Of a stretch of DNA of 64,000 bases, positions 48,467 through 61,961 are shown in pieces. The stretch spans positions 59,682 to 123,681 of the forward strand of contig NIVC01002568.1 in the NCBI GenBank assembly GCA_002269645.1, read 5' to 3'. Both the position numbers and the translations under genes were made by a program. The notes below the pieces were generated by a model. That model was not told the origin of the DNA, did not search any database, and saw nothing but the letters and a program-made list of their open reading frames with translations. Source of the DNA: Macrostomum lignano (Eukaryota). The first letter of the stretch is position 1, and each line of letters starts with the position of its first letter.

Positions 48467-51400
48467 TCAGCCTCCAGTTTTCATCTTCTGGTACATCCGC
48501 TTGAATTCATCGCCAAAGCGCTTCCTCAGCTCAGGCCGCCGGGCTTTGAAGGTGGGCGTCAACAAGCCGTTTTCTATGCTGAAGGCTTCCGGGTGCAGAA
48601 CAATGTCTTTCGCCTGTTTTGGAACGGAATTTTAAGGTTTTAATGTTTTTAGAAGAACTTGGCAGCTTGAGTCAAGGCAGCTGATACGAGTAAGCATTCA
48701 CATGATAGCACCTTGGTTCAAAATTAATTCACTGCAAAGCCTATCATAATTCACAACAAGCCGATCCCGCCTGGATTAGGGTTCAGAGCGGGTCCGCTAT
48801 CGAGAGGCCTAATCAAGTGGCTAAAATTGCAGACGCTCTAACAGCCGCAGATTTCTGTGATAACAGCGGTATTTTGAAGGCTTTAATTGAAAAAGACGAA
48901 AAAGTGGCAACAGTTTCACACCTGTTCGAACGACTTTAGACCAGCCGCCTTCCCCGCCGCCAGCATCTCCTGCATCACGGCCTGCTTGAATTCCTCGCTG
49001 CCGCAGGCGGCTGTCATAGCAACTTCAGGCGAGCCCGCCGAGTCCTCGCGATGGCGATGCGCCCAGGCCTGTGCCGCTTCGGCACTGGGCACTACCACTG
49101 CCAGCGCGCAGCTCTCCAGACTGTCACCGTCAACGTACACCTGCTGGATGGTAGGACAGGTAGCGTACACCTGCTCGATCTTCTCGGGCGCCAGGTACTC
49201 GCCTTGCGCCAGTTTGAAAAGGTGCTTCTTGCGGTCGATAATTCTCAGCAGCCCGCCGGGCAGCCACTCGCCGATGTCGCCCGTGTGCAGCCAGCCAGCG
49301 CTGTCGATGGCCTCAGCCGTCTTGTCCGGCTGGGCGAAGTAACCGCTGGTAACGTTTGGCCCCCGGACGCAGACCTCACCACGGCCGTCCCGAGAGAAAT
49401 AGTCCATCTCAGGGACGTCCTGCGCGGCAGGAAGGGGTGCGCTAAACGATGAAAAAACGATGAATCTTGTACATGTAGAGTGTTGAGCGACTGAATACAC
49501 AATCGCCGAAGTAAACTGTTGGGAAAAATAAATGTGCATGCCTCCAGTCCACTACCAGCAGCCCCACCCAGAACCCGGATACCTGCAGCATGACGGCATT
49601 CTGAAACAGAGGCACGCCCACGTGGCCGGTCGAGACGCAGGTCGGCGGAGTGCAGGTGGAGCCGCCGGTGGCCTCAGACTGGCCGTAGCCCTCCATGACG
49701 GGGCAGCCGAAGGCAGCTCGTGCGAACCGCATGACGGACTCGGCGAGCGGCGCGGAACCCACAATGACGAGGCGGATGCGGCCCCCGGTGGGCTCGCGCA
49801 CCTTGGAAAAGACCAGCGAGTCCCACATCGAGTTGTTGCGGATAACGCCGCGGTCAACCTCCTCTGTCTTCTTGCGCAGCGCCAGGTTGAAGATGAGCGA
49901 CTTCAGGCAGCTGCCGGCCACGTTGGCGTGCGCCAGGTCGTAGATTCGGTTGAGCAGTCGCGGCACGGTGCAGAAGACGGTGGGCTGCAGCTCCCGCATG
50001 TCGGCTGTGAGGCCAGCGATTTCGCCGCGGAAGAAGCCGATCCGCATGCCCTGCATGAAGCAGAACAGCTGCATAATGCGCTCGAAGATGTGCGCCAGCG
50101 GCAGGTAGCTCAGGTACACGTCGTCGTGGTGAGGCACAGGTGCGTGCTGACAAAGGCAGTTTTTGCGCTATTTTGCTTTGAAGTCTCAGGCAATTTACGC
50201 TGGACCGCTTTGAATTCCAGTAGATAATGGAATTAAGATCAGATTTTAAGCTTGGTACAATTAGCGAATGGGCATCGGATTCCCTCCCGCAACAAGCTAA
50301 GCTGCAAGCAGGTTGGTCTGGGGACGGAAATTCTTTCTCTACCCACTGATACTGCAATTGCTCCGGGATACAGATACTGATACTGATAACTCGTACTCGT
50401 ACTAGCACTCATACTCATACTCATTCTCATGCTCACCTGGCCTCCATGAGCCACCAAGAACTCGTGCATCCCGAGAACCTCTGCCACCAGATTTCCGTGT
50501 GTGATTTGCACTCCCTTCGGTGGGCCTGAGGGGTGATGTTAGTATGATAATTAAGTTCGTCTGAAGTTAATTTCAATCCTCGCTGCGAGGGGAATAAGAA
50601 ATGACTCAAAAAATGATTTTTTGCCCTCTGATATTCTTGCGCTGCACTATCTACTGAAGACACTGATGTTACATTGTTAGGTGATGATGTGCATGCGCGA
50701 GATGCCTCAAGGGCTTATGAATGAAGTCTTGCAATGGCTGCAGAGAACAGAATGCAAGGAATAACCGCAGTATTCGTGGGACTTGAATTTGAAACTATCC
50801 TCTGGGAGCAGCAGAAAAGCCAATAGACAGCTTCCTTTGCAATTAAGTACGGTCAGTTAATCATACTTTGATCGTTTTTCCGCCCACCTGTAGTTCCGCT
50901 GGTGTAGCAGAGAACAGCCAGGTCGGCCCTGCCCACCGGCTGCTCCTGCTGCTTTCCAGCCTGTGCCAGCCGCTCTTCCAGCTCTCGGCCGGTGCTCAGC
51001 ACGTCCGACCAGCTCCAGACCTTGGGGCCTTCCGCGACTTCACTGTTGGCCACCTCGGCGAAGTCCAGCTGAATCAGGTGCTGGATCTGAGCGCCCGACT
51101 TGAGCCGAGTCAGTCCGGCTGCTTGAGCCCGGCCCTCGCACAGCATGACGGCCGCGCCAGTCTGCTTCAGCACGTAGTCGCAGGCCTCGTCGCCGAGCGT
51201 GTCATACAGTGGCACCGGCACGAGGCCCGTCATGAAGCAGCCGAGCTCCAGCGTCACCCACTCGGTCCGGTTCTTCGACCAGATTGCCACGAAAGCGCCG
51301 CGTCGAAGATGCAGCTGCCCGGTGAGGAAGTGGCTCACGCAGCGGGCCTGCTGCAGCACCTGTAACCGGTGGGTAAACGGCTAAAGTTGCTAAAGTGGGT

Positions 51401-52999
51401 AAAGTTGCTGGGGACTGACAAAACTTCCTTTGCTAGAGGCCACAAAACTCACTGTGCTCACAGTTCCAGCTAGACTTTGTCTATAGTTTTAGCTATATCT
51501 ATCCTCAAGATTCAACTATTGTATAGATCTGATCTACTGTCAGTGCTTGAAGCAGCACTACAGCTTTCCGCCTCGCTGACTGCAAATCCCGACAAGCCCC
51601 TCATTAGCGGGAAACAGCGTATCAATTTTCTTGATGGCTGGCAAAAGTCCATTCGCTTAAATCGATTGGAATCCAAATATCAATCAAGCTAATGTTCCAA
51701 TCAGGCCCCTTCTAAGCGCCTACCTCTCTATAGGACAGCCAGGTGTAGGGCGAGCGCTCGCCGTCTCGCCGTCCCAAGCAAGGCTGGGTGCAGGACACTC
51801 GCTCCCCGGTCAGGAAGAGGTCCAGCACGTTCTGGTGCGGGCTGCCGGCTAGCCTGCTGGAGAAGATCTCGTGTCTCTGCAAGCATGGGGGAGCACGTTC
51901 GTAGAGGTGCTAACAGTCTATTTTATATTTCAGCCTGTCAAGTTTACTCACTAACTCTGACAGAACATAATGTGCTGTTTCCTCATCTACTGAATATTTG
52001 CATTTCGACGTTTTATAATTTCATTTTATTGACTTGATTTCTCCAGTACCTCCCGTAAACTCGGCTGGATATCGATTTGACACGGCATAGACTTGAGTAA
52101 AGATACAGCTCCTTGGGTTCAAATAAGCTTGTGGACTTTGGGAATGTCACATTCACGCGATTTACCCCAAACCGGGAACACCCCACTGCAGAAATGCAGA
52201 GAATGAGGGCAGAAATTTTGTTTTCACAGGCTGTCGAGAGGTCGGGGTTGCTTGGGTGAATGGTCTGAATGCCAGAAAGAAGAGAGCATTATTTCTGGGA
52301 CTGTACTCATGACAGGCAATCGCATGTCTTCTCCACTCTTGTGCCAGTACTACTCAGCATCTCTTCGCTTAAGTTGGGTACCGCTGCCACAGAGAACTCA
52401 TTTTTATCTCTTCTTGCAGCAGTTGCTTTCCCGCTGCTCTAGTGGCCTCTCTACCTGGGGCTTTCTCACGGAATCCTGCAGCTGCTGCAGCATGCTAGGC
52501 TCATGGCTCAAGGGCACGCAGGCATTAAAAATGTACTTTTATTGGTTGGCTCCAGCATCTCACATCAGAGCCCAGTTGAAATCCGAGGCAAACGGCAATA
52601 ATGATGTGGAAAAGAGCCGCTTTGATCCGCCTCGCCAGGATTTCCCAGCCACTTCCTACTTTTGCTGCCTTTTGTTGTCAGGTTTGCTTTTGTCTTTTGT
52701 ATTTCTACTTTCGGGTGGTTAAAAGGTGGTTAACACGAAGTCCCTCCGGCTTACCAAAACAGCAGAAAAAGCTCTTTCCTTTGCCTCTAAAGCACAGGGT
52801 TGCTATGGAAACAAGTTTTTTATTCGTGCCCAACAGCTCAAAGTGCGCCAACCTAAATGAAAGGAGCCAGAGAGATCCGTGTGGGAAATTTACAATCAGC
52901 TGAAATCCTTACTCGATCCTGATCCTCGGGTCGCGTACTTCTCAGAATCTCCGCCTCATCATCAGTCAGCGATTGTGGCGCAACCTTGGCGTGAGCCAT
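48467..52999 (-). CDS. ACSL1: Long-chain-fatty-acid-CoA ligase (ACSL1/5/6 family); core exons 51876-51724, 51359-50888, 50525-50437, 50146-49583, 49419-48922, 48613-48467; candidate first exon 52999-52913 (or 52493-52455)
   Basis: Phase-compatible GT-AG chain giving YTSGTTGPPKGV (AMP-binding motif), YLSYLPLAHIFE, GYGQSE, GWLHTGDIG, IIDRKKHLFKLAQGEY and FSIENGLLTPTFKARR. 641 core codons including the stop. Orthology within ACSL1/5/6 cannot be resolved. Confidence 0.92.
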
Positions 53000-54845
53000 G
53001 CCGTGATGACGCCCTCAGGAGGCTGGTCTGAGCTTTGCTACCAGCCGCCTCTTTGTGCCTGAAAGGGGCCAGGCAGGGGCTGCTAAGTGCCTGGCGCTGA
53101 CGGGGCTATGGGCTGATTCCGGCTCTCCTCATTCTTAATTTTCTTTTCTACCTGTTTTATCCCACTCTGTCCCTCTCCTCCACTGGCTTTGCCAACTGGG
53201 CCAATGGGCTGGGCTGAGAGGCAGGCTGTGGACTAAGCGGGGTGAGAGAGGGCGGCAAACACCCCAGTTAGTACAGTTACCAGCTCTAGCTGGCGGAATC
53301 GGAGTTAGCTGGTCAGGGGTGAGGACTGCGGTGCACTACGAGTGTACCTCGTATAGACAATGCATTCTAGTGCTAATGCACATGAACCCCTCTGAACTGA
53401 TGCAACATCCACTTTGCGAACTGAGGCAGCGATCGCAAGCTAAATGCATGTGGCGGTTGCTGCACGGTGATCGGTTGCAGCTGACCGAGGCCCATGGAGC
53501 CGCTCCGAAGCGTTTGAAAAACACCGAGAATGCAAGACAAACACTTTTGTGCTCACAGCTCACTGTCAAGAATGCGTCGGCAGTTTGCAGTGCAGTAGCT
53601 TCGCTGGTCAGGTCTCCCTGTGAAAGATTTTGACTAAATCGTTGGCCAAATCTCTCGGGTGAAATCCCTTGGAGCGAACACTGGCTATTGTTTCTCTTTT
53701 TGGACGTCTGTTTATTGCTCTCCTTCTCAACTGCAACTGGGTGAATCTATTTATAGCCATGGCTCAGTTGTTTTGCTGCTCAGTCACGTGATGCCGCTTT
53801 CCGCTTGTTCCATGCAGCCGCTCATCAATTCAAGCAGCTCATTCAAGCAGCTCTTAACCCTCACAGCTTCGGCAGATTCCATTCAGAAGTGTCTTAAATC
53901 GCAACTTTCGGCTGCATTTTTCAAAACACTTTGGTTAGCTGATAAGCACGCAAGCCAAGATGAAATTTATACTCAGAGTCTATCCTCATATTGAATCGAT
54001 TTCGGTTCTCTTGTAGCTGATTGCGAACTCGCATGGAATTGCACACGAGGGATGCTGTATCAACCATGTTCTGCAAAACAAGATTTTGATTTTATTTTTT
54101 GTACTGAGAATAGACTTTCTTTACCCTTTGAAACAGGCCTATTCCAGGCTTAGCGGACGTAGGCTGGAGAAGACTCAAAATTTTAAAAAATCAGTCCGGC
54201 GCTTAAATCTGACATCGGTTTCTCGTCTGGAGGCCGTGTCATGCTATATAATACTTATAGTAGTAACCTAGCAGCCGATGAGACATTTGTGCTCAAATAC
54301 TTGCAAATACAGTAAATAATTTTTTCTTACAATGTTCTTCATAAACTTAATTGATGCTTTTACATTCCGAGCTCAGCCAAGTGACCGACGTACTTTGAGG
54401 TCAGAAGCATTTTTTGCGAGTTTTTCTTTCTTAACGTTTTTGCAGTCCTGCTCCGCTCCTGTTACAGGGTGCGTCTATCTCAAACCCTTGCTCACTACTC
54501 CATTGTTAACAACTCTGTGAGACCCCATTCTCAATCTTAACAGAGAAAATGCACTCCCTTTTCGTGCTTGCTAAAAGAATCATTCGCTTGCGAGTGCAGC
54601 GTGAGAGGCCTGAGTTTGTTCAAAAATCTCGATTCAAGAGAATTTCTTGGAAAGTTGTTTTTTATCGTGATAAACCAATTACTGTGACATCAATTACTTC
54701 TAGATAGTTTTAGAATAAAAGTAAAATCAAGGAAAGTCGAAACAACAAAATAACAAAACTAACGTGCACAGAAATCGTGTCAAATGACGTATTCTGTAGC
54801 TGAATTATTGTACCAGCCCTAAGTGGAATTTTTAGCCTTTCCCAC

Positions 54846-55010
54846 ATGCCCCAGTCCGCGACGCGTCAATCGCTTCAGTCGAAACCGCCACCACCGTCCC
54901 AGCCGCCTCCGCCCCCACCACCGTCCCAGCCGCCTCCGCCCCCACCACCGTCCCAGCCGCCTCCGCCTCCGCTATCGTCCCAGCCACCGCCGCCTCCACC
55001 ATCACTCTGA
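54846..55010 (+). repeat. 27-bp GC-rich repeats (3-4 copies) forming a 54-aa Pro-rich micro-ORF (SQPPPPPPP)n
   Basis: ATG at 54846 to TGA at 55008-55010; CCGTCCCAGCCGCCTCCGCCCCCACCA units. Confidence 0.55.
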
Positions 55011-57090
55011 AATAGAGGCAGAGTGCATTTGTCAGCGATGATTAGTTTATAGTAGCCTAATGAGGCATTGCTACATAGACAGTGCAAAAAAATTAGAGTC
55101 TCAAGTGGTGGCCCCAGCTCACAAAGCCGCAGCTGCCGCCGTCATCAATCTCCTAAAAAAGGGTCGGAGGGAAGGAAAACCGAGAGCTTATCATTATTAT
55201 TGAATGGCATTGAAAGACCAATAGACAGTGGAATAGAGAAGCGAAACATGCTCAAAGCAGCTGGAATTCTCACTGGCACTCCATCACTGTCTGAAAGTTT
55301 TCAAACCAAAATTTAGTATCTGCCACTTTCATGTTCTGATTGTTTGAAAACCAAGAATCTGAGCACAACTCACCTCCGCCGTGGCCTCTGACTCGAGGCT
55401 TGGGTCTGCGATCTGGAAAATAGCGGATTCAATAGGATAATTTTTTGGCATCTTAGAAGTGAAAAGGCAAAAATATGTATTACGCTGGGCGCACCTCTCT
55501 TCTTCTTCATCCTTTTCCTAGAGCGGCCTGAAAGAGAAAAGCAATGGGCAAGTGAGGAAAAGTGCTCACGGAGCAATAAGCTCCAGCAAAGTTGCCACAG
55601 CCAGATGGAAATCACGAACCCTTCTTGGCGCCAGAGAAGCTGCTGGGCGAGCAACCCATGGCCAGGTGAACGGAGAGTTTGAGTACTTAGAGGGCACTGC
55701 AGTCTTTAGGTGTAAACTCTTAGCTGCTCCACTCCACCAAAGCTTCTGTTCCAGTCGAAAGTATTTCATTATATGAGCTCAGCCTAAACAGAGCCTCCTC
55801 ACGAAACTTTGCTTTGCTCTAGAATATCTCTACATCCACTTCTTTCCAGAGTGTACAATTTTGGTATCAACTGCCTTGGTAAAATATGTGTTTATTAGAA
55901 ACCACATCGCTGTTTACTGGCATAGCTTTTTACATTCAGACTCAGACTTCAGTGGTAGTGCGCAGTGAATGGAGATAAGAGCGCTCGGTATTCTCTAATA
56001 ATCCGATTGCTTATTTAATTGACGTTTAATGGGCGTCTTCGCAGCAAGGAATCAATAGTCTATGGTACAACTATGTGTACCATAGACTAATAAGCAATTC
56101 ATGTGTATTTGATGCCGCAAATAGAAAACGACAAAAACAGAAAACGAATAACGCATAACTCATGCTTCTTCTCAATAGTTTTTCATGCTAGCTTCAAAAA
56201 AGTCTGCACGCACTCAACAGGATTTCAATTTTAGGACCCTCAAAATGACGATACGCTCGTAGACTTCACTCCGTGAGCATTATATAGTAGAGGACTCACA
56301 AGACTCATCAGAAGCGACAAACTCACTGGTGGGACCGCTGCTCGGGTTTACTTCTGGAACAGAGATGCCTTGCAAAGCACTGGACACAATATCCTAGCCA
56401 CCTTGGCAAAGGGACCGATGATTCTCGATCAGACATCCTGCGCTCCAAGTCGGTCGAATCAAGCAACTCACCCACACGGCTTGTCGAAGGTAATGATAGA
56501 CGCACCGATATAGCAGCAGGTGGATTCTCGAATGAGTTGAAGAATCAGAGAAGTCGAAGTCTTCCTCAGCGCCAGCCATAGCAAATTGAACAGCACAAAT
56601 CCTCGGTAAAGCAGTTAGACCAATTTTGTTGCATTTGCTTCTCTCCGTTTTAGACATTCTTTCACTTGCTGACTGTCTTAAGAAAATTCTTACTAAAAAA
56701 TTGTCATGGCCCGCGAGAAAGATTTAAAACTGTATAAGCTGTTTTGAGATATTTCTACATAGAAGTTTTCTATAGTTTGATTGTGGGGGGGGGCTCTGCC
56801 CCCCCGCACCCCCGCCCGCAACCACGGTCGACCAGATGGAATACGCCAAAATAAGCAATTTGATTTTATATAAAATAAACGCCATTAAATTAAGCTGTCT
56901 ATTAAATGGCTATTATCATATACTTAGAGGGAAATAAAAGCTAAATTAAAGCAGGCAAGCAAAAGTGCACAAACACCCGCTGCACTTAGCAGCTGGGCTT
57001 TGGGATTTGTCTGTGGCAGGCCCTGGCCCGCTCACTGGGAGAATGCTGGCTACAATTAGGCCCAGTCACAGCAGAAATTCTCATCTCCAG

Positions 57091-59883
57091 CCACAGCGGC
57101 ACGCAGACTCGGGCGCAATGGTGGAAGAATACTCACCCTCACCTCGTCTGAGCCAGCGCGGCAACTCCACGGTCATCGAGCTCGACATTGGCTTCATCGA
57201 CCGGCGGAGACTCTCCCGGCCTTCCATGTCCCCAGTTGGCGACTCGCCGATTCGGCGCAGCCGGAACGAGCTCTCGGAGCTGGGCGAGACTCTGGAGCAC
57301 CTCACGGCCGAGACTAGCAAACCACTCACTGTGCCCGTGGACGAGGATGGCTGTCCGGACAAACCGGGGGTGAGGGGATTCATACTGTATTGTTTATCTC
57401 GAATTTATTTGCATCAAATCCTCTAATGTGTAGTCATAGCACCTCTTGAATAACTAGAGTTGACTGTTATTTTGTTAAAGTCTCGGCGACTTAGCCATAG
57501 AATTTGGAACTGCTAAGCCTCCTTGGTAGGGACTTGAGAAAGTTCATCCAGCACTTACTGGCATCCCGCAGGACCTTAACGTGTTTCGCCATCCATATCT
57601 GAAAACCCTGTGCCGGGCCCGCCGGGAGGCGATCCAGCCGCTTTACTATCGCTATGTTGTGCTGAACTTCCGCGTCATGCGTCGCAACGCTGAGATGTAC
57701 GTTGGCTACCTGCTCAACCAGAAAGGAGTGCGCCGCAGCGACCTGTATAAAACGAAGTACCTGCCCATCTGGACGCACTGCATTAAGGTTCGAATGAGGG
57801 TCAATATAAAAATCGGTGTCATCTTTCACGGCCTCAAGTCTCGCCTTGGACTGACCTCCCTTCTGGGGCTGCACTTTTGCGTTGACGGCTTCTACGGGTT
57901 GAGGCGTTCGGAGACGCCTTTGGCAATGTTGGCCCCGGTGAGTAAACATCAGTTTACGTTCGGATTAGATTATCGGGTTTCAGTTGTTAGACATCTACTA
58001 CTACTTACTTACTACTTACGAGAAGCACGACGCCGCGATTAGACCGTGGCCCCTATTGCAACCCCAAGCAAAAAACAACAAGGCGTTAGCCTTGGGGCTG
58101 CGCCTATCCAAGCCAGCAGCAGAAGAGCTCGCGAGAGTGGCGTCTGCGATCTTCATCCGGCCGGAGTCCCGGACGAATGCGCGTAGGTCACGGATCCGGC
58201 TCGGGGTGGTGAGCTCTTCTAACCTTAACGGAAAGCCGAGATGATGTCTCCGAGCTTTGATGAAGTGCGGGCAGAATGTGACGTGGTGCGCCGCTGTTTC
58301 CACCTCTAAGCTATAATAGGCCAAATTTCAGAGCAATCAATTTGTAGTGAAATATGTCTACTGTAGAAGAAGCCATGGCCAGCAATGATCATCCACATCT
58401 CCCTAATATCAGTTTTATTTAAAGAGATCAGGAATTTGTATACTCCCCAGTTTATAACAGGCACCGCAGCTCATGCATGTTTTTTGATATTCGGAGCAGC
58501 TGTTCCAGTGCAGCTGATGTTGGTGGCTCAGACAATTGTGAATGACGAGGTTAACGGATGACTTCGGATTTTGCTGTGGCCTGGTGTCCAGATCACGTTG
58601 ATCCTATTGAGAATCGCTAGCTTTTGCAAGCTTATAAAGCAGTTTAAAGCTGATTTGGTTGATAGCTTGATAGAGGACAAGGCCTTAATACGGGCCTTTC
58701 ATCGCCTCAGCTTGGTGCTGCGGAAGCATGTTAAGGATATTTTTGAGCCCTCTTAGGGGGTGGAGGGGGTACGCATCAGTTATGTCCCGGCAATTACTGC
58801 CCTGCAGTTAGTACAGCCAATCCCTCACCGTCTTCAGCTCCAACGCGTTGGACCAGATGAGACGCGCATAGATAATGCTGGGTTGGATGATGCCCGTGTA
58901 GATCCACCTTAGCATCTTGGGAGAGAGCCGCCAGGTTGCCCGATAGCCTTTCGCCTGGAAGAAACACCGCTTAGAGTGTCCAATGACAATGTCAACGTGC
59001 TTGGTCTAACGAAGGCTATGCGTGAGCGTTGCACCTAGATATTTGTTTCCTTGACCAGTGGAATGTACATCCAGTAGTGAGGTTCCGCATGTTCCGCTTC
59101 CTGTTCTTAGCTAGACATTTACGCCCTCGCATCTACAATCAGAAAGAATTCTACAGCCTCACCGGCGTCAGTAAATTCTCTCGATGGGAATTTAGCTCTT
59201 TAACATACCTTGATAGCTTTGCCAAACGGGCAAAAGACCATTTCGACTCTGGTTCGACACCAAAACTAGAATCGAGCAGTTGGTCAAACAGGACCCTGAT
59301 GGATCCGTCGGCAAGCTCAGTGGGGGCCACGGGCCTTACAGGAGGTCTCTGGATGGATGGAGAAATTGCACAGGCCTCTGTATACTGTAGCAAACGGGAC
59401 AAGGACCTGACCGTGTCGCGCTGCAGCGTCCCGATAGGTCCAAAAACCAGGTAGGACACTTGAAGCTCCGGTCGTCAATAACAACTGCATCAGCTTTGTG
59501 TTGAGCATATTAAGGTTCTCGTCTATCTCGACAGATGTTTTCTGGGCCATACTAAACTGAAGGGCTGCGAGGTAGCTGTTTTTTATTCACTATCTATATC
59601 TCTTAAAATTACTGCAGGTGTTCGCCCATGGATGGAGCTTGGCACCAACGGGTCCGCTAAGAGCCTGCGACTGACTGATGGGGACAATATCTATGTAAAC
59701 GTCGCCACAGAGACCACTCGCCACATGGTACAGCGGTCGCGGCCCCGGCGCAGTCGAAAGGTTTCGACACTTTCGGCAGTCACCTTCGATGTGCCGCAGA
59801 CGATGCCTCTGGGCCAGCCCGACCAGTTGAAAGACAGCGGCTCGTTTTCACCGACGAAGCTCGCGGCTCGTGGCTTGAAGTGA
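57091..59883 (+). CDS. Uncharacterised multi-exon gene fragment; exons 57091-57369, 57572-57937 and probable terminal exon 59618-59883
   Basis: GC-rich coding-like blocks with strong splice sites (CTCCAG|CCA, GGG|GTGAGG, CCGCAG|GAC, CCG|GTGAGT, CTGCAG|GT). The second-to-third exon phase does not fit the long terminal frame, so the model is unresolved. Confidence 0.45.
57995..59560 (-). mobile_element. Degenerate LOA/R1-type non-LTR retrotransposon 3' part (RT thumb, RNase H, CCHC region, GTAA/GTA tail) inside an intron
   Basis: Minus strand: KYLG...[24 protein letters not shown]; IKALSS...[14 protein letters not shown] (RNase H); LNKTDIRE...IAGH; [13 protein letters not shown]...IRDLRAFV. 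Ends in GTAAGTAGTAAGTAAGTAGTAGTAG at about 57995-58020. Confidence 0.82.
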
Positions 59884-60553
59884 AACCTGCGGCGCTGACG
59901 CCAAACAATTTATTCGCTGTTTTGTGTTATACGCACTGCATTATGCGTATGCGCTAGCTGTAACTGTCGGTAAAAACTATTGACCTTTCGTACACCGTCG
60001 CTCTACTCGCCCTCCGGCTACCTGGGTATATATACCGATGAAATACACCTAGCTACGCCAGCCACCTTGCATTGCACTTGGACAAGCGGGTGGCCGTCTG
60101 TGGTTTCCACAAGTTAATTGACTCGAGTCTTCAGTCATTTGGACCGACATCGGTATCGGACCGACAAGAGCTCAGGCACCTCTGCTGACAAAAAGGCAAA
60201 AAAATGTTGACCGCAATTGTTTTGTTGAATGCCACGCCCGCCGGATCGTGACATCAGAAATTCCACTTGCCTTCCCAAGCTAAACGGCTGCTCAGTTTTC
60301 TGCAACCACTCTGCCCTGGGGCTTCCCTGCTTTTTCCGCCTGGGCCCCGCCGGGAGTTTTTCATGCCGCGGAGAAACGAAGCCAGTTTGCGTAGAACTTC
60401 TGCATTGAGAGGGCCACGGGGATTCCCCAGCAACCCTGGGGGTGAGACATTGCTGCAAAAGTTGAGCGAATTCATGGGATCTGATTTTTTAACAAACTCG
60501 CTGAGCATGTGTGAAAAGTGCTCTGCTATACCAGAAAGTGTTAATCAACGTAT

Positions 60554-60967
60554 TATTGGTCAGAAATCAGTGCGATTTCCCTGAGAATCTCATTGAGAAT
60601 ATGGTCAGAAATCAGTGCGATTTCCCTGAGAATCTCATTGAGAATATTGGTCAGAAATCAGTGCGATTTCCCTGAGAATCTCATTGAGAATATTGGTCAG
60701 AAATCAGTGCGATTTCCCTGAGAATCTCATGAGAATATTGGTCAGAAATCAGTGCGATTTCCCTGAGAATCTCATTGAGAATATTGGTCAGAAATCAGTG
60801 CGATTTCCCTGAGAATCTCATTGAGAATATTGGTCAGAAATCAGTGCGATTTCCCTGAGAATCTCATTGAGAATATTGGTCAGAAATCAGTGCGATTTCC
60901 CTGAGAATCTCATTGAGAATATTGGTCAGAAATCAGTGCGATTTCCCTGAGAATCTCATTGAGAATA
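60554..60967. repeat. 46-bp minisatellite, 9 copies, with internal dyad symmetry
   Basis: TATTGGTCAGAAATCAGTGCGATTTCCCTGAGAATCTCATTGAGAA, period 45-46. Confidence 0.95.
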
Positions 60968-61961
60968 GCTCGTATTGGTCAGAAATTCTACTGCGCACAA
61001 ACCCGTGCTCAGAATGTTTTTCGTGGACTTTTTGAAGCTGGCCTCCTCGCCATCGCCGATATTTCCGCATTAATTTTTTGCAATCTACGAGCGCATTTTA
61101 CTCTCGCTCTTTCAAACCATTAAAGGAGCAGCAAAAGGCGCTCGTATGAGCCGAGCTCCCAGTCAGCCATGTCTAATCCGGGTTCAGCAACTTTCTGAAT
61201 TTGCCGTGGCTTCTTCTGCCTACTCCTACTTTCTACCTCTCCCCTTTCTATCCTCTTTTATCACTCCCAAAGTTACTGAGCTCACCCTATTCCGTGAGCC
61301 TGCCATTCTTCTCAGGTCACTGGTGTCTCAGAACTTTCGTTCCTCCCTTTGAATCGCCTAACAGGACACGGAGAGAATGCCGGCTGGGCTGCCGGGACAC
61401 AGCCAGTTTTTTGACCCCGAGCGCTAGCAGGCCTTTCCCAAACACGGTCGCCACTCAGCGCAACTCTGAGCCCTCCCCCGTCGTTCTCTTCCGCTGCTGC
61501 CCGGCTAGACAATGCGCTGCCCCGCGGGAGTGAAAGCCGGCCACCGGCCTCCATCGCCCCTTCGGCACACTGCCTCCTCTCCTCCTCCCGCCTCCTCTCC
61601 TCCCCGCCTCCCTGCACCGCTGTGTTTCTTTTGGGCGGAAAAGTTCACGGGGAAGAGAGGGGAAAGCGGAGCGGGCGGGAAATGCAGCGCAGAGGCGATT
61701 AGTGTTAGAATTGGGGAGCGAGACAGGATTGGGCAGGCTGCCGCTCTCCAGTTGTGCGCGAGTGCCCGCTCTCCAGTTGTGCGCGAGTGAGTGCACTGGC
61801 CACTGCTGTGAGCCGGACGGGACAGAGATGAACTGCAGAGTTCCTGGCCCAGCACCAACCAGTGCGTGAGCCTCAGTCCGGTCTCTCTCATCTCCTCTGC
61901 CTCTCTGCTCACTCGTCTCACCCACTGCCAGCTACGGTAGCGCAGAAAATGGAGATTTCCA

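Noticed and set aside
58367-58549. Apparent phase-0 plus-strand exon for the orphan gene
   Set aside because: The opposite strand encodes LINE RNase H / C-terminal motifs, which explains the sequence better; the donor is weak.
60554-60967. CRISPR-like array
   Set aside because: Palindromic repeats but no unique spacers, in a eukaryotic context with no cas genes. The same applies to the 56-, 51- and 25-bp arrays.
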